Source of the DNA: Gammaproteobacteria bacterium
GTDB lineage: Bacteria; Pseudomonadota; Gammaproteobacteria; GCA-001735895
Direction of reading: 5' to 3'
Assembly: GCA_050298595.1 (NCBI GenBank)
Contig: JBNKUM010000085.1
Coordinates: 226,035-290,034, forward strand
DNA length: 64,000 nucleotides
Below the pieces are notes generated by a model. The model saw nothing but the letters and a program-made list of their open reading frames with translations, did no database searches and had not been told where the DNA came from. Positions within the stretch are counted from its first letter, which is position 1. Every line of letters starts with the position of its first letter. Of the stretch, positions 37,929 through 49,700 are shown one piece after another. Position numbers and translations under genes: made by a program.

Positions 37929-39182
37929 TTAGAAGTGATAGGAAAGCTGTAACACTAAAAGATCCCTGCTTTCCTTTATTTGGGAGTAATCAATGATATC
38001 AGAATCATTTATATATGCCGAACCATGATTATGGCTATATTCTCCAGTAAGCGACAGATTCGTTGTGTAATACCATCGTACACCTATAGTTTTGGTTTTG
38101 TTATACTGACTTACTGGATTTGCCCTGGTGCGTGAGGCAAACTCTTTACCATCTTTATCGTTTTCATTGTAATAAAGATTTTCGTGGCGCACATAGAGTG
38201 TGAATTGTTCCCAGCCGAGCCATTCTGCCTGAAAATAGTATGCCCTGGATGTAGCATCGTACGAAGGGACGGCCTGATGCAAAACTTCAAGACTGGAAAT
38301 ATTAGAATTAATATCAAGATATTCACCTGTTAACACCCAGCTTTGTAAATTGTATTGTAAAGATATCAGTGTCAGCAACGAATCGACATGCTGACTGGTG
38401 ATATAGTCGGTATAGGCGCGTGGATCAGCAGCGAGAATAGCATCGGCAGCAAGCTGCTCTGTAGCAGTAAAAGAGGGCGCATCCTGCAGATCTATTGAAA
38501 CATTCAGAAAGGTCAGGGCAATAGTCAGATTAGGCTGATTTTTCGGGACAAGTCCAAGCTTAAGTCCGAGCTTTTCGACATCTCTAAACTCGCCAGCAAC
38601 ATCTTTCTGATAGACCTGATATTCAATAGCCGCGTTATCAAGTTGGGTCTCACCTGCATACAGATCAAAACTGATATCGCCTAGTGAATTGCGACTATTG
38701 AGATACAGGTCTACACCATCCACAGATAATAGTGGATCCCAGTATGCTTCGAAATAAACCGACTGCGGCACTATTACTCCAGGTCGTGCATGAGGTACAT
38801 CTCGAGTGGTATTATAAATACCATATGGACTCTTCACCCGGCCAAGGCGAACACCCGATATACTATCATCTGTAACAGACAAACTGTAATCCAGTAACAG
38901 AAAATCGACTCTGGGATCACCATCATCCAGATCACCAGCCTTACACGAAAGCAACTGTCCGGCTGCGCGCAGCTCATCTGATATCTGCCAGGAACTATTC
39001 AGGCCTATTTCTCGAAAGTTAAAATGTGTTCTCGTTTCACTCACATAAAACGGATTGTCTTCGGAAGAGATCATAGCCTGGCTAATATAACCATGGAATT
39101 GCAGATCATCGGCAAATACGCTTGCGCTAAAAAGTGCGGACATACGGGCTGATGCCAAACACCTTAACGTATACTTACTCAT
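37929..39182 (-). CDS. Outer-membrane porin-like beta-barrel
   Basis: QFHGYISQ, FREIGLN and RLGRVK.PYG.YN.TRDV motifs; C-terminal LSYHF. Confidence 0.75.
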   Translation of the reverse strand: MSKYTLRCLASARMSALFSASVFADDLQFHGYISQAMISSEDNPFYVSETRTHFNFREIGLNSSWQISDELRAAGQLLSCKAGDLDDGDPRVDFLLLDYSLSVTDDSISGVRLGRVKSPYGIYNTTRDVPHARPGVIVPQSVYFEAYWDPLLSVDGVDLYLNSRNSLGDISFDLYAGETQLDNAAIEYQVYQKDVAGEFRDVEKLGLKLGLVPKNQPNLTIALTFLNVSIDLQDAPSFTATEQLAADAILAADPRAYTDYITSQHVDSLLTLISLQYNLQSWVLTGEYLDINSNISSLEVLHQAVPSYDATSRAYYFQAEWLGWEQFTLYVRHENLYYNENDKDGKEFASRTRANPVSQYNKTKTIGVRWYYTTNLSLTGEYSHNHGSAYINDSDIIDYSQIKESRDLLVLQLSYHF

Positions 39183-39627
39183 GAGAAATCTCTGTCATCA
39201 TGCCTTTACCACTATGGTCTATTACCGAACTATCAACATACCCGATTACACCCGGCGTATTTTTTACTGTCTCAAGCATTTGCCGGGATGAAGATAACTG
39301 TTCTGGAGATGAACCTGTACCACTAAAAACCAGTCTGTGCCATAAACGGTTCAACTGGTAGGACTGCATACGAAGATACTCATTGACGAATGATTTATGG
39401 ATGGCACTATCATTTTTCAGAGTATATACCTTAACGGCTGTACCATCAGACCACACCTTTTTATGCATGGAATAAATACGTAGCAACGTATTGCTTGAGA
39501 AATCTTCACCTTTCAACTGAGGCTGGTGAATAACTACTGCCTCAGCTAGCGAAAGGCCTGGAATTAAACATAGCAACAATAAGGAGGCTTTATTGAGAAT
39601 ATTTTCAAGTCTAGACAAATTCGTCAC
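39175..39627 (-). CDS. Small periplasmic PBP-like (PstS-like) protein
   Basis: Signal peptide; LRIYS, WSDG, VFSGTG..P and PGVIGYV motifs. Confidence 0.75.
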   Translation of the reverse strand: MTNLSRLENILNKASLLLLCLIPGLSLAEAVVIHQPQLKGEDFSSNTLLRIYSMHKKVWSDGTAVKVYTLKNDSAIHKSFVNEYLRMQSYQLNRLWHRLVFSGTGSSPEQLSSSRQMLETVKNTPGVIGYVDSSVIDHSGKGMMTEISHE

Positions 39628-40038
39628 TAATCGAAGACATTATAATAATGAGATAATTCGAAATACTTAGACTTCGAGAACTCTGCCTGGGCAGACACGC
39701 AACAAACCTTAGGAGTTTATAGTTTAAAAGTAAATGGAAATATTTATCAGACCCACTTTATGAAATTAATAAATAAAAACAATTTCTTATGGAAGAAAAT
39801 CTGAGATAGAGGCGCAACATTACTCATCGCGAAAAAACCAGGCTTAAGCCTATCCAGTCGAGAATTATTCAAACTCAAAAAAAATTAACAGCTCCTGCAC
39901 TCGGGGAAAACTTAAATTTTAGATAATTAAAAAGTATGAAAAGCGAAGATGTTCTGCATGCTATCAATTGAAAGATTGATAGCCTCCGAAACAATAGTGA
40001 AAACCCATCATAGCAGCTGTGAAAGCTTATTTTCAGGG

Positions 40039-41286
40039 CTATAGTGTGGAACCTATAACCGTTAACTCTGCCTCACCATTCACAGCCTCTTCATCAACCA
40101 GGCAATGAGTTGCATCCTCTATGGTCGGCATTTCAAACATCACCTTGCGCAACAGACCTTCCATCACACCGCGTAATCCACGTGCACCCGTTCCTCTCTT
40201 AATTGCCAGTAACGCGATGGCAGTTAAAGCATCAGAGGTAAATTCAAGTTCTACGCCTTCAAACTCGAACAGGCGCTTGTATTGTTTGACCAGTGCATTT
40301 TTTGGTTCGGTAAGTATTTTTACCAACGCATGCTCATCCAGATCGTGTAAAGCGGTAATCACTGGAAAGCGCCCGATAAATTCCGGAATCAGTCCAAAAT
40401 GACGGAGGTCATCAGGTTGCACCTCCTCCAACAACTTAAGCTGGTCGTAGGCCTTTCTGGGTTCGGATAAATCAACATTGAATCCGATACCTCGATTTGC
40501 CCCACCCAACCTGGATTGAAGAATCTTCTCTATACCAGAGAAAGCGCCTCCAGCAATAAACAGAATATTTCGAGTATCAATCAGTTGATCACCTTGCTGG
40601 TCTTTTCTCCCCTTACCAGAAAGTTTAATTTTAGTGCCTTCGATAAGTTTCAGTAAGGCCTGCTGTACACCTTCGCCCGATACATCGCGTGTCCCATGTG
40701 ATGATTCACCTGCTTTGGCTAGCTTATCTATTTCATCGATGTAGACAATCCCCCATTCAGCTAACTCTTTATTACCTTCCGCGCTGTCCATCAACCTTGT
40801 GAGAATTGATTCTACATCTTCACCCACATAACCCGCCTGGGTTAGCGTGGTAGCATCAGCAATTACAAAGGGCACACCTACTATTCGTGCCAAAGTGCTA
40901 GCAAGTAGTGTTTTACCTGTACCGGAAGGACCCAGCAACAGGATATTTGATTTATCAATCTCAATCTCTACCTTCTTAACATCCATACTGTCAGGCTGAT
41001 TTTCCATCTGCAGGCGTTTGTAGTGGTTATAAACCGCAACTGCCAGCGTTTCCTTACCCAGATCCTGACCGATAATATACTCATCAAGCTTGCTTTTAAG
41101 CTCAGCTGGTTTTAACAGATTCTGTAAGGGTTTAGATGCTGCGCGTTTTCTACCCCAGCTACCTACTACCTGCGAAGCAAGGCGCACACATTCTTCACAG
41201 ATATGACCTTCTTCTCCGGCAATAAGCGGAATATTTGGCCCCTGTTCCTGACCACAAAAAGAGCAATGTGCTTTTTGATTTTTCAT
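40039..41286 (-). CDS. clpX: nif-associated ATP-dependent Clp protease ATPase (ClpX2)
   Basis: CSFC zinc finger, GPSGTGKT, YIDEIDK, RDVSGEGVQQ and GARGLR motifs; follows nifM. Confidence 0.92.
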   Translation of the reverse strand: MKNQKAHCSFCGQEQGPNIPLIAGEEGHICEECVRLASQVVGSWGRKRAASKPLQNLLKPAELKSKLDEYIIGQDLGKETLAVAVYNHYKRLQMENQPDSMDVKKVEIEIDKSNILLLGPSGTGKTLLASTLARIVGVPFVIADATTLTQAGYVGEDVESILTRLMDSAEGNKELAEWGIVYIDEIDKLAKAGESSHGTRDVSGEGVQQALLKLIEGTKIKLSGKGRKDQQGDQLIDTRNILFIAGGAFSGIEKILQSRLGGANRGIGFNVDLSEPRKAYDQLKLLEEVQPDDLRHFGLIPEFIGRFPVITALHDLDEHALVKILTEPKNALVKQYKRLFEFEGVELEFTSDALTAIALLAIKRGTGARGLRGVMEGLLRKVMFEMPTIEDATHCLVDEEAVNGEAELTVIGSTL

Positions 41287-41323
41287 ATCAATCTCACTTT
41301 TAACCAGGGTAAACTCAATACGT

Positions 41324-42181
41324 TTATTTTTTCTGCAAACCAGCTAGCCAGACTTTCTGACAGTTCCTGCGATTACGCTCTAGCAGGATCTCATTGATAC
41401 GGGTTTTGACTTTATTGTAGGGAATGCGTTTCGCCGGTTTAACCTGCTCACAGTAAAGTATATGAAAACCCATTTCAGATTCGACAACAGGGCTTATTTC
41501 ATTCTCTGACATATTGAATAATATTTCATCCAGTTCAGGATATAACTGTCCACGCGTGACTTCTCCCAACTTCCCACCTTCTATCGCCGTGGGACATTCT
41601 GAATATTGTCTGGCAAATTGAGGGAAGCGATTGGTTCTACTACCTAACTTAGAGGCAATCTCGGATATTTTTTTCCTGGACTCGACTTCTGTATTTTCAG
41701 CAAAATCATCATTAATAGTGATTAATATGTGGCGCGCCATACGGCTTTCTGGCTGTTCGAAACGATCATGATGCATTTCATAGAACAACATAATATCCAG
41801 CTCAGTCACATCAGCAGCTTTAGCACCGATAATCTGCATCACACCGTCGAAAGTCAGCTCCCGATATAGCGCTGCACTGAGCGTTTCACGATTCAGGCCA
41901 TTTGCATCTAAATCCTGCAGGAATTCATCCTCGTCCACATAGCGAGAAGCAATAGCGTTTATAGACTGTTCAATCTGTTCAGGGGGAACGATAAATGAAC
42001 GAGCCTCATCGCTGTTAAGAACCAGTGACTCCATATCAAAACTTTTATAGGCGCTCTGCAAAACTTTTTCGTACTCATCAGATTTTAATTGAGCAAGATT
42101 CTTACTGAATTTATTCAGAGAATTACGCAGCAAATGGTAATTAAACTCTGGAATTTCATACCCCTGTTTCATAGCCAACAT
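41324..42181 (-). CDS. nifM: NifM peptidyl-prolyl isomerase-like protein
   Basis: ARHILITIN, SECPTA.EGG.LG and ESEMGFH motifs; nif context. Confidence 0.9.
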   Translation of the reverse strand: MLAMKQGYEIPEFNYHLLRNSLNKFSKNLAQLKSDEYEKVLQSAYKSFDMESLVLNSDEARSFIVPPEQIEQSINAIASRYVDEDEFLQDLDANGLNRETLSAALYRELTFDGVMQIIGAKAADVTELDIMLFYEMHHDRFEQPESRMARHILITINDDFAENTEVESRKKISEIASKLGSRTNRFPQFARQYSECPTAIEGGKLGEVTRGQLYPELDEILFNMSENEISPVVESEMGFHILYCEQVKPAKRIPYNKVKTRINEILLERNRRNCQKVWLAGLQKK

Positions 42182-42182
42182 C

Positions 42183-42638
42183 TCATTCTTCCGCAAGTTC
42201 CAGATCCATGAATTCAAGAGCTGTCTCAGGCACCTTTACAACACGTCCCATAAAACGGGCATGATAAAATGGTCCACCCTCCTCTTCTCTTAAGACTTTT
42301 TCAATCTCACCTTCATCACCAGGATGAGCAATCACGTCGCCCTTAATGCCCAGTGGGATTTTTGGTGTGACCTTATCCCTGAATTCATAACGTGTATGAA
42401 CATAAGGATCTGATTCTAGTATCAGTTCCTGTTCACGACAACCGACCATGATACCTAACTCAAAAAAATCAACCTTATAGATCAACTGATCCTGCAGGTA
42501 GGTACCCACATCGCGCACATAACCCACATTGCCTCTGCGCACCAGTAGCTTACCGGTATCCTGCCCCGGATAGGTACCATCGTTGCGCAGGTTTCGAATT
42601 ACTCGAACCGCTTCACCATATTCATACCTGGGGAGCAC
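42183..42638 (-). CDS. nifZ: NifZ
   Basis: RNDGTYPG, GYVRDVGTYLQDQ and VGCREQEL motifs. Confidence 0.92.
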   Translation of the reverse strand: MLPRYEYGEAVRVIRNLRNDGTYPGQDTGKLLVRRGNVGYVRDVGTYLQDQLIYKVDFFELGIMVGCREQELILESDPYVHTRYEFRDKVTPKIPLGIKGDVIAHPGDEGEIEKVLREEEGGPFYHARFMGRVVKVPETALEFMDLELAEE

Positions 42639-42969
42639 TGAACATTCCTCCCGGCATCAGGTCTGACAATGGCACCATTATCTCTACCGGCTCCAGCATC
42701 CTGAAAACCTTGAATACTTTTTCGGTAGCGGCATCTGAATCCACAAAATCAGAATAAGCCTTTAATAGCAAGGCGCCATAAATTGTACGCATCTGATCTT
42801 CGTCTTCAGGCATATCTTCAACTTTCGCAATATAGTCATGAAAACGCTGTAGAATATGCAAGCGGTTTACATGAACAATTGATGGCTCGTATTCAACATC
42901 AAAATATTCAAGAAAGTCCTCAGCACTACTTAATTCGTCCAGATCCAGTTCAAATTCACTTTCACTCAT
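42622..42969 (-). CDS. nifW: NifW
   Basis: LSSAEDF, VNRLHILQRFHDY and EKVFKVF motifs. Confidence 0.92.
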   Translation of the reverse strand: MSESEFELDLDELSSAEDFLEYFDVEYEPSIVHVNRLHILQRFHDYIAKVEDMPEDEDQMRTIYGALLLKAYSDFVDSDAATEKVFKVFRMLEPVEIMVPLSDLMPGGMFSAPQV

Positions 42970-42984
42970 GCTTATTCTCCTGCT

Positions 42985-43515
42985 TTAAAATCTGAGCCGA
43001 TAGATACCGGCCTGTCTGTTAACCTCATCCTCAGCGATCTGTAATAATGAACTCACGCTGAGCCTGTCTTTTGTATCGGTTTCAACTATTTTCCGTAGCC
43101 GTTCTATCGCGCCCTGATAATTTTCCAGCCGCATTTCCAGATAGCCTGCACCTTTTAATGCCAGCAGATAAAACCGCAGCTCTGTCATCGATTCTTTTGC
43201 TGCATCATCAATCTGCTGCTCTGTAATGTCCTGCCAGTTTTCAGGCAAACCCAGTCGCACGGAAAAAATCCTGAGTACCCGTTCTGCCAGCCTCAATGCA
43301 TCTGTACAACGGTGCTGGTAGTAGTAATAGCGGTATAAAGCGACCAGTACCATTGGATGCTCCGGCTCCAGAAAGTACGCACGCAACAACAGATTTTCTG
43401 AATTTTTGCCGCCATAATTTTCTGCCGCTTTTTCAATACATTGCTCGGTTTCAGACTGCATTGCTTCATCGAAATAAAGCTCCTCGCCTGCAAAGTCGAG
43501 CAAATCCACGCTCAT
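42985..43515 (-). CDS. nif-associated hypothetical protein (position of Azotobacter orf8)
   Basis: LLDF...LYF, ALYRYYYY and RFYLLALKG motifs; lies between cysE and nifW. Confidence 0.75.
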   Translation of the reverse strand: MSVDLLDFAGEELYFDEAMQSETEQCIEKAAENYGGKNSENLLLRAYFLEPEHPMVLVALYRYYYYQHRCTDALRLAERVLRIFSVRLGLPENWQDITEQQIDDAAKESMTELRFYLLALKGAGYLEMRLENYQGAIERLRKIVETDTKDRLSVSSLLQIAEDEVNRQAGIYRLRF

Positions 43516-44309
43516 TACACGACCTTCTTTAAATCGATACTGACCGGTTGACACACCTGCTTTGCATCACAATCGTCACACTCATCTTCGGGTGATTGAC
43601 CATCCGGCAGACAGCCATGTACACCTACAGCCTGTTCCAGTAATCGTATCCGATCCAGTAGACAGGTAATGGCTTCAGCAACAGGATCAGGGATGAGATG
43701 ATGATTTAAATCTATATCTTCCAGATCTGAGGTATTTATGCTGTTGCGGTTACTGACCACTTTTCCAGGAATACCGACTACCGTTTTACCCATGGGTACC
43801 GATGAAATAACCACCGAATTGGCACCGACTCGGGCATGCGCTCCAAGCGTGATCGGCCCAAGAATTTTGGCTCCGGCCCCTACAATCACATGATTTTCCA
43901 GCGTGGGATGGCGTTTTCCTTTATTCCAGGAAACTCCACCCAGAGTCACCCCATGATAAATAGTCACATCGTTTTTAACCTCTGCGGTTTCACCGATTAC
44001 GACACCTGCACCATGGTCTATAAAAAAGCGTCGTCCGATAGTCGCACCAGGATGAATATCAACACTGGTCCAGATACGTGCAATATACGAAATCAGGCGC
44101 GGCAAATAACGCAACCCTCTGCACCAAAGTCGATTAGCTATGCGATACATCATGACCGCGTGTACACCGGGATAGGTGGTGATAATCTCTGCTCGCGTTC
44201 TGGCAGCAGGGTCACGATGAAAAACACAGTCGATATCCTCACGCACCATCTGAAACCAGGATAAGCGGGTTTCAGTTTCAGTTAGCTGCTCTGAGCCATG
44301 CGAGCTCAT
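43515..44309 (-). CDS. cysE: nif-specific serine O-acetyltransferase (CysE1/NifP)
   Basis: RDPAAR, DIHPGA, FIDHG and KRHPT motifs; ATGA overlap with nifV. Confidence 0.92.
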   Translation of the reverse strand: MSSHGSEQLTETETRLSWFQMVREDIDCVFHRDPAARTRAEIITTYPGVHAVMMYRIANRLWCRGLRYLPRLISYIARIWTSVDIHPGATIGRRFFIDHGAGVVIGETAEVKNDVTIYHGVTLGGVSWNKGKRHPTLENHVIVGAGAKILGPITLGAHARVGANSVVISSVPMGKTVVGIPGKVVSNRNSINTSDLEDIDLNHHLIPDPVAEAITCLLDRIRLLEQAVGVHGCLPDGQSPEDECDDCDAKQVCQPVSIDLKKVV

Positions 44310-45451
44310 TGATACTGCCATTGTTCACTGCCAGGATAATTTATCTGCTGATAAAACAGTCTCAAAACGTCACCAGCGGGTGCGGATTTATGCTCTGTAG
44401 CAAACTGTCTAACCAGTAATAATAACTTCTCGGCCTGATCACGCGTGAGCTGATACCCCATATCCGCATACACCTGGGTAATAGAATGAGTACCAGAGTG
44501 CTTACCTAACACAAACTGATGCTCTCTGCCCAGATCGGCTGGATTAACCCCTTCATAATTGAGTCGATCCTTCATCAGTCCATCGACATGAATGCCCGCT
44601 TCGTGAGTAAACACACCACCTCCGACCAGACTCTTCTGCCAGTTCACATAGCGTCCTGAGGCCTTCTCTACCAATGAAGAAACCTGTGCATAGTTCGACA
44701 TATCAATGCCGTCCTGCTGAGGATAAAACTTGCGTACCCCCATAATAACCTCTTCCAGAGCGGCATTACCTGCGCGCTCACCCAGACCATGTACCGTCGT
44801 ATTCACATGCGTAGCACCACCACGAATAGCCGCCAGGGTATTCGCCGTTGCCAGACCCAGATCGTCATGAGCATGCATCTCAAGCTGCAACCCGGATATA
44901 CTGCGCAGCGTCTTAAATGTTTCGTATACCTGAAAAGGTTCCATAATGCCGACCGTATCTGCAAAGCGGAAACGGCATGCACCCACCGACTCAACAGCAT
45001 CCACTACGCGCATCAGAAAATCCAGATCGGCACGAGAGGAATCTTCACCGCCGACACAAACCTCAAGGCCCAGTTCTGACGCAGCAAGAACATGTTTTGG
45101 AATTTGTTTTAATACCCACTCACGGTCACGCTTGAGCTTGTTTTTGATTTGCTGATCAGAAACAGGAATAGAAAGATCAATGCTATGCACCCCCAGATCT
45201 TTACATAAAGACAGGTCTGCCATATTCATACGCGACCACACCATCAGACGTGAACGCTTGACCACCAGGGATACCGCGCGGATAGAATCGCGCTCAATCT
45301 CGCCCATGGCAGGAATACCTATCTCCAGCTCTGGAATACCGATGGCATCCAGCGCTTCAGCTATGGCAATTTTTTCATCCAGTGAAAATGCGACCCCGGC
45401 TGATTGCTCGCCATCTCTCAGGGTCGTATCGTTAATAATTGTGTTATGCAT
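44306..45451 (-). CDS. nifV: Homocitrate synthase
   Basis: [28 protein letters not shown] and LGKHSG motifs. Confidence 0.95.
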   Translation of the reverse strand: MHNTIINDTTLRDGEQSAGVAFSLDEKIAIAEALDAIGIPELEIGIPAMGEIERDSIRAVSLVVKRSRLMVWSRMNMADLSLCKDLGVHSIDLSIPVSDQQIKNKLKRDREWVLKQIPKHVLAASELGLEVCVGGEDSSRADLDFLMRVVDAVESVGACRFRFADTVGIMEPFQVYETFKTLRSISGLQLEMHAHDDLGLATANTLAAIRGGATHVNTTVHGLGERAGNAALEEVIMGVRKFYPQQDGIDMSNYAQVSSLVEKASGRYVNWQKSLVGGGVFTHEAGIHVDGLMKDRLNYEGVNPADLGREHQFVLGKHSGTHSITQVYADMGYQLTRDQAEKLLLLVRQFATEHKSAPAGDVLRLFYQQINYPGSEQWQYQ

Positions 45452-45487
45452 TGCTACACTCGTTTCAAAATCCTTATACAGAGTAAT

Positions 45488-45503
45488 AGCAAGCTCTATG
45501 TCA
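45488..45503 (-). promoter_or_regulatory. Sigma-54-like promoter of nifV with non-canonical -24
   Basis: TGACAT-agagc-TTGCT compared with consensus TGGCAC-N5-TTGCW. Confidence 0.6.
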
Positions 45504-45576
45504 TTGTGGACTTACTCTTAACAATCAATAAGTTATGTATAATTACTTTGAATACTAATGCTACAGGAATTACTTT

Positions 45577-45592
45577 TGTAGCAAACCTTACA
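45577..45592. promoter_or_regulatory. NifA upstream activator sequence
   Basis: TGT-agcaaacctt-ACA (TGT-N10-ACA). Confidence 0.75.
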
Positions 45593-46181
45593 CTGTCGAA
45601 AGCACTGATAGTGCTTTCACTGAAAGCTTCCCTACATTTACCCTATAGACAGTTGGAATATACTGATAAAAGAAGCTGCAGTGTAGTTGCGGAAAAAAAG
45701 AAGAAAGCAAAATCGTCTGCTTGATGCCAGCAAACTATCAACCAGGCATAGATCGGTGAAAACGCCTTTTCCGAGGCTTAGACAGAACCTTGCCCACCCA
45801 GGCAGGTAAGAAAATTGGGAGTTAAGTAAAATACCGTTATCCCAGAAAAGAATCGCATCAGCAGAAAATTCTTACGCAGCAACTGTTAAGACTGGCTCTG
45901 TATCAAATTTTGCGACTATTCAACAAAAACCATTGGGGACTAGCCTAAGCCAGCATGAGCTGGACCACCCCCGGCATGGCTCAACCTTCCAAATCTATCA
46001 GGATAGTACTCCTAAAGATGTGTGCCCTTGTTTGCTTTAAGGAATACTTGATAAAAAAAGAAACCCAATATAAAAATGTAGTGCTCAAGATTAAAAGTGT
46101 AGTAAATAGATCAATTGTTTATTAGGTATTTTGAAATTGAAATTGCTTTAACTTTCAGATTACTTCTAAAGGGGACAGGCT

Positions 46182-46577
46182 ATGATAAAATTACTTTCAA
46201 AAAAATTTGCCGGGACTATTTTAATCGCTTCCTTAATATTTCTGATGTTTTTTCATCTATTAGTTGTTTTCAATGTTTTACCAGGTGATATCGTTTGGGG
46301 TGGAACCGTGGATGAAAATTCCGTTGTAAAATATGAATTAATTGCTTTATTTATAACGAGCTTTTTATTGTTTATTGCCATTGTGAAAGCCGGGTATATC
46401 AACAATACTCTTCTTAAAAAAACAGCTAATATTTTTATCTGGCTAATGGTTGTGTATTTTGCATTTATGATCTTTGGAAATTTGATCGCCAAAAGTATAA
46501 TAGAAAAAAGTGTTTTTATACCCTTATCCGCTCTTATGTTTATTTCTTCTCTAAGGTTGGCGATTGAAAAAGATTAA
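46182..46577 (+). CDS. Small four-TM membrane protein
   Basis: AT-rich hydrophobic ORF with a P.DIVWGG motif; GGGGA RBS. Confidence 0.75.
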   Translation: MIKLLSKKFAGTILIASLIFLMFFHLLVVFNVLPGDIVWGGTVDENSVVKYELIALFITSFLLFIAIVKAGYINNTLLKKTANIFIWLMVVYFAFMIFGNLIAKSIIEKSVFIPLSALMFISSLRLAIEKD

Positions 46578-46794
46578 ATAGTTGCATCAGAAATTATTTT
46601 TTAATGGTATCTATAGCCATTAGAAATAATCGAAGTAATTTGGGTCAGGTCAAATTAAAATATTAGATAGGTCTGGACACGGCAGCTTTGTAACTCCTTG
46701 ATCTACACCACCTCAACCTACGGTTCTGGGTTATTACTGGTTAAACAGGAAACCCTGCATTGTGTCGCAGCTCTGCTACCGGAGCAGGAGTGAT

Positions 46795-49700
46795 TTATAC
46801 CTCCATCTCTGTCTCATAACGACACACCCGGTTGCGCCCACCCTGCTTGGCGGCATATAGAGCAAGGTCTGCAGCTTTGACCAGCGCCTGCAGCGAGTTC
46901 GCTTGTTGCGGAAAGGTCGCCACACCAATACTCACACTGATTTTGATAGTCTTCCCGTCGCCGATATCGAAGGACTGAAGCTCTACCGACGCGCGTAAGC
47001 GCTCGGCAATTTTCATGGCCAGGGTCGCAACCGTCTCTGGCAGGATCAGCGTGATTTCCTCACCGCCGTAGCGGCACACGCGGTCGATGGAACGCGCCTG
47101 TTTCACCAGTAATTCGCTGATACCCTTGAGGATGGTATCACCGGCCTGGTGTCCGTAGGTATCGTTGACTTGTTTGAAGTAGTCGATGTCGAGCATCAGC
47201 AGCGACAGCTGGTGCTGGAAACGCTGTGTGCGGAAAATTTCGTCTTTCAGCAATGCATGAAACGTGCGATGGTTATACAGCTCGGTGAGGCCATCACGTC
47301 GCGCCTCTTCCTCTGCCAGTTCCGCACGCAAGCGCTCGCTAATGTCGCGCGCCACAGCAAGAACTCCCGCCATTTCACCCTTCTCATTGCGGTACACGCT
47401 GGCGTTGTAGAGCACCTTCGTCAGTGCCCCTGACGCATGCTTCATGGTGAGTGGATAATCTCTGACAGATCCCTTGGCGAACGCTTCCTGATAGCCCGCG
47501 AGCGCCCTGTCCGGCTCGGTGAAATATATCGAGAAATCGCTGCCTATCAGCAACTCGCGCTGCACGCCTGTCATCTGAATCGCCGCCTCGTTGACGTCCA
47601 TGATCCTGCCCTCCATGTTGATCGTTACCAGTGGATCCATGTCTGCCTCGATCAGGCTGCGTGCATACAGCAGTGCCTGGCGCTGCTGTTCTTCCGCCTG
47701 CTTGCGCTCTGTGATATCACGCACCGTGGCTAGCACTGAGGCCTGTCCCGTCTCAATGCGGGTCAGAAACACATCGGAGGGAAATGGTTCACCATTCAGG
47801 CGCTGATGTTCCCACTCGAAAAAGCTGTAACCCTCGCGCATGGCGGTCGCGATCAACTTCTGCGCGGCCTCGGCCGAGGAGCTTCCGTCGGGTTGTCGTT
47901 CAGTCGAAATATCCCATGGCCCAAGTGCGGTAAAGTCGGCCTTACTGGTGGCGCCGAACATTTGCAGTGTTGCCTGGTTGACGTCGGTGAAGCGCCAGGA
48001 CGGCGACTTTAGCACCATCAAGGCATCGCGCGAACTCTCGAACAACTGTCGGTATTTCTTCTCGCTTTCCAGCAATTCCAGTTCAGTCTGCTTTTCTTTG
48101 CTGATATCACGTATTGTGGCCTGCAGGAATGTCTGTCCTTTCGGCCCCATGCGGGTTCCCATCACACTGGCGGTGAATGTCTCACCGTTCAGGCGCCGAA
48201 GCTCCCACTCGAAAAGGAGAGAGCCTTCGCGCAAGGTAATCATCCCCAATTCCTGCGCTTTCTCTTTCGAAGAGCGCCCGTCCGGTTGTCGCTCGGGTGA
48301 AATATCCCATGGCCCCAGTGCGGTGAAATCAGCCTTGCTGGTGGCGCCAAACAGTTTCAGCGCGGCTTGATTCACCTCCGTGAAGTGCCAGGACGGTGGC
48401 CTGGCCACCATCAGGGCATCGCGTGAGCCCTCGAATAACTGCCGGAAATTCTCCTCGCCTTCGCGCAGCTCCTGTTCCGCCTGCTTGCGCTCGGTGATAT
48501 CCGTGAAAACGGCTAGCAGGAAGGATGTTTTCTTCACCATCATGACCCGACCATTGATGTCCGCATAGAAAATCGAGCCATCCTTTCTTTTCACAGGAGT
48601 ATCGGGTACATAGCTGATTTCGCCCTTGATATTCTGCTCGATCTGGCGATTGATGTTGTCCATCTCTTCTCTGGGGAGAATGTCCTCTACCCCCAACCCG
48701 AGAATCTCGTCGGGAGTATAGTTGAGCATGCGCTGTAACGAGGCATTGCTCATGCAGAATTGCCGGGTTTCGGTATCCATGAGGACGATTCCGTCCTTTA
48801 CCGAATCGAAAACCGTGCTAAGCAGCGCCTGAGATTCCTCCAGTTGCTGTGTGCGTGCCTGAACCCTGTCTTCCAGCTCATCATTCAACTGGCGGATTTT
48901 TTCTTCAATCTGCTTGCGCTCGGTAACGTCATGAAAAACGCCTACCAGTATGGGTCGTCCTGCTAGCACCATGGTGGTCGTGTTGACATCGGCATAAAAT
49001 ACCGATCCGTCCTTGCGTTGCACTGGCAGGTCAGGCGCCAGATGGATCTCACCTTTTGCCTGGCGTTCGACTTGTTGCAGCACTTCAGGAAAAGCTGCTG
49101 CTGGGTGAATGTCTTCGATGCCAAGACAACTCAATTCCTCCAACTGGTAACCCAGCATGTCACAAATTGCGCTATTCCCCATTACAAACTTCCTGGTTTG
49201 CGCATCTGCCACCAGGATACCGTCTATGGTGGCATTGAATACGGCCTTGAATCTGAGTTCAGCCTCTTCAAGATCCTGGGCCGCCTGCTTACGCTCCTCA
49301 ATTTCTCGCTTCAGTCCGAAATTAGCCTTTTCCAGGTCCTCCGTCATGTTGGCCAGAGACAGGGCCTGGTTGCGCGACCTTGTCAACGGCAGGAGCACGT
49401 AAAAAAGCAGCAGACTGATAGCCGTGCCAAGCAACAGGATGCTGTTCACCTTACCGGCATCGATGGTTTCTTCAAAATAGGGTGAGGACTTGAAAACCAG
49501 CAGCCAACGACGACCGGCATATTCCAGGATGGACTGGTAGGTGGCAAAATGTGCGTGACCGGGATGGGAGAGGTTCGACTCCATGTCCCCGCTGGGATAA
49601 AGTAAGGCCTCTTGAAGCGGTTCACCCCCATCGAAAATCTGAAGATCAACATACTCCCGCTTATCTATCAGAAGCCCCTGCATCAGATCATTCATGCGGA

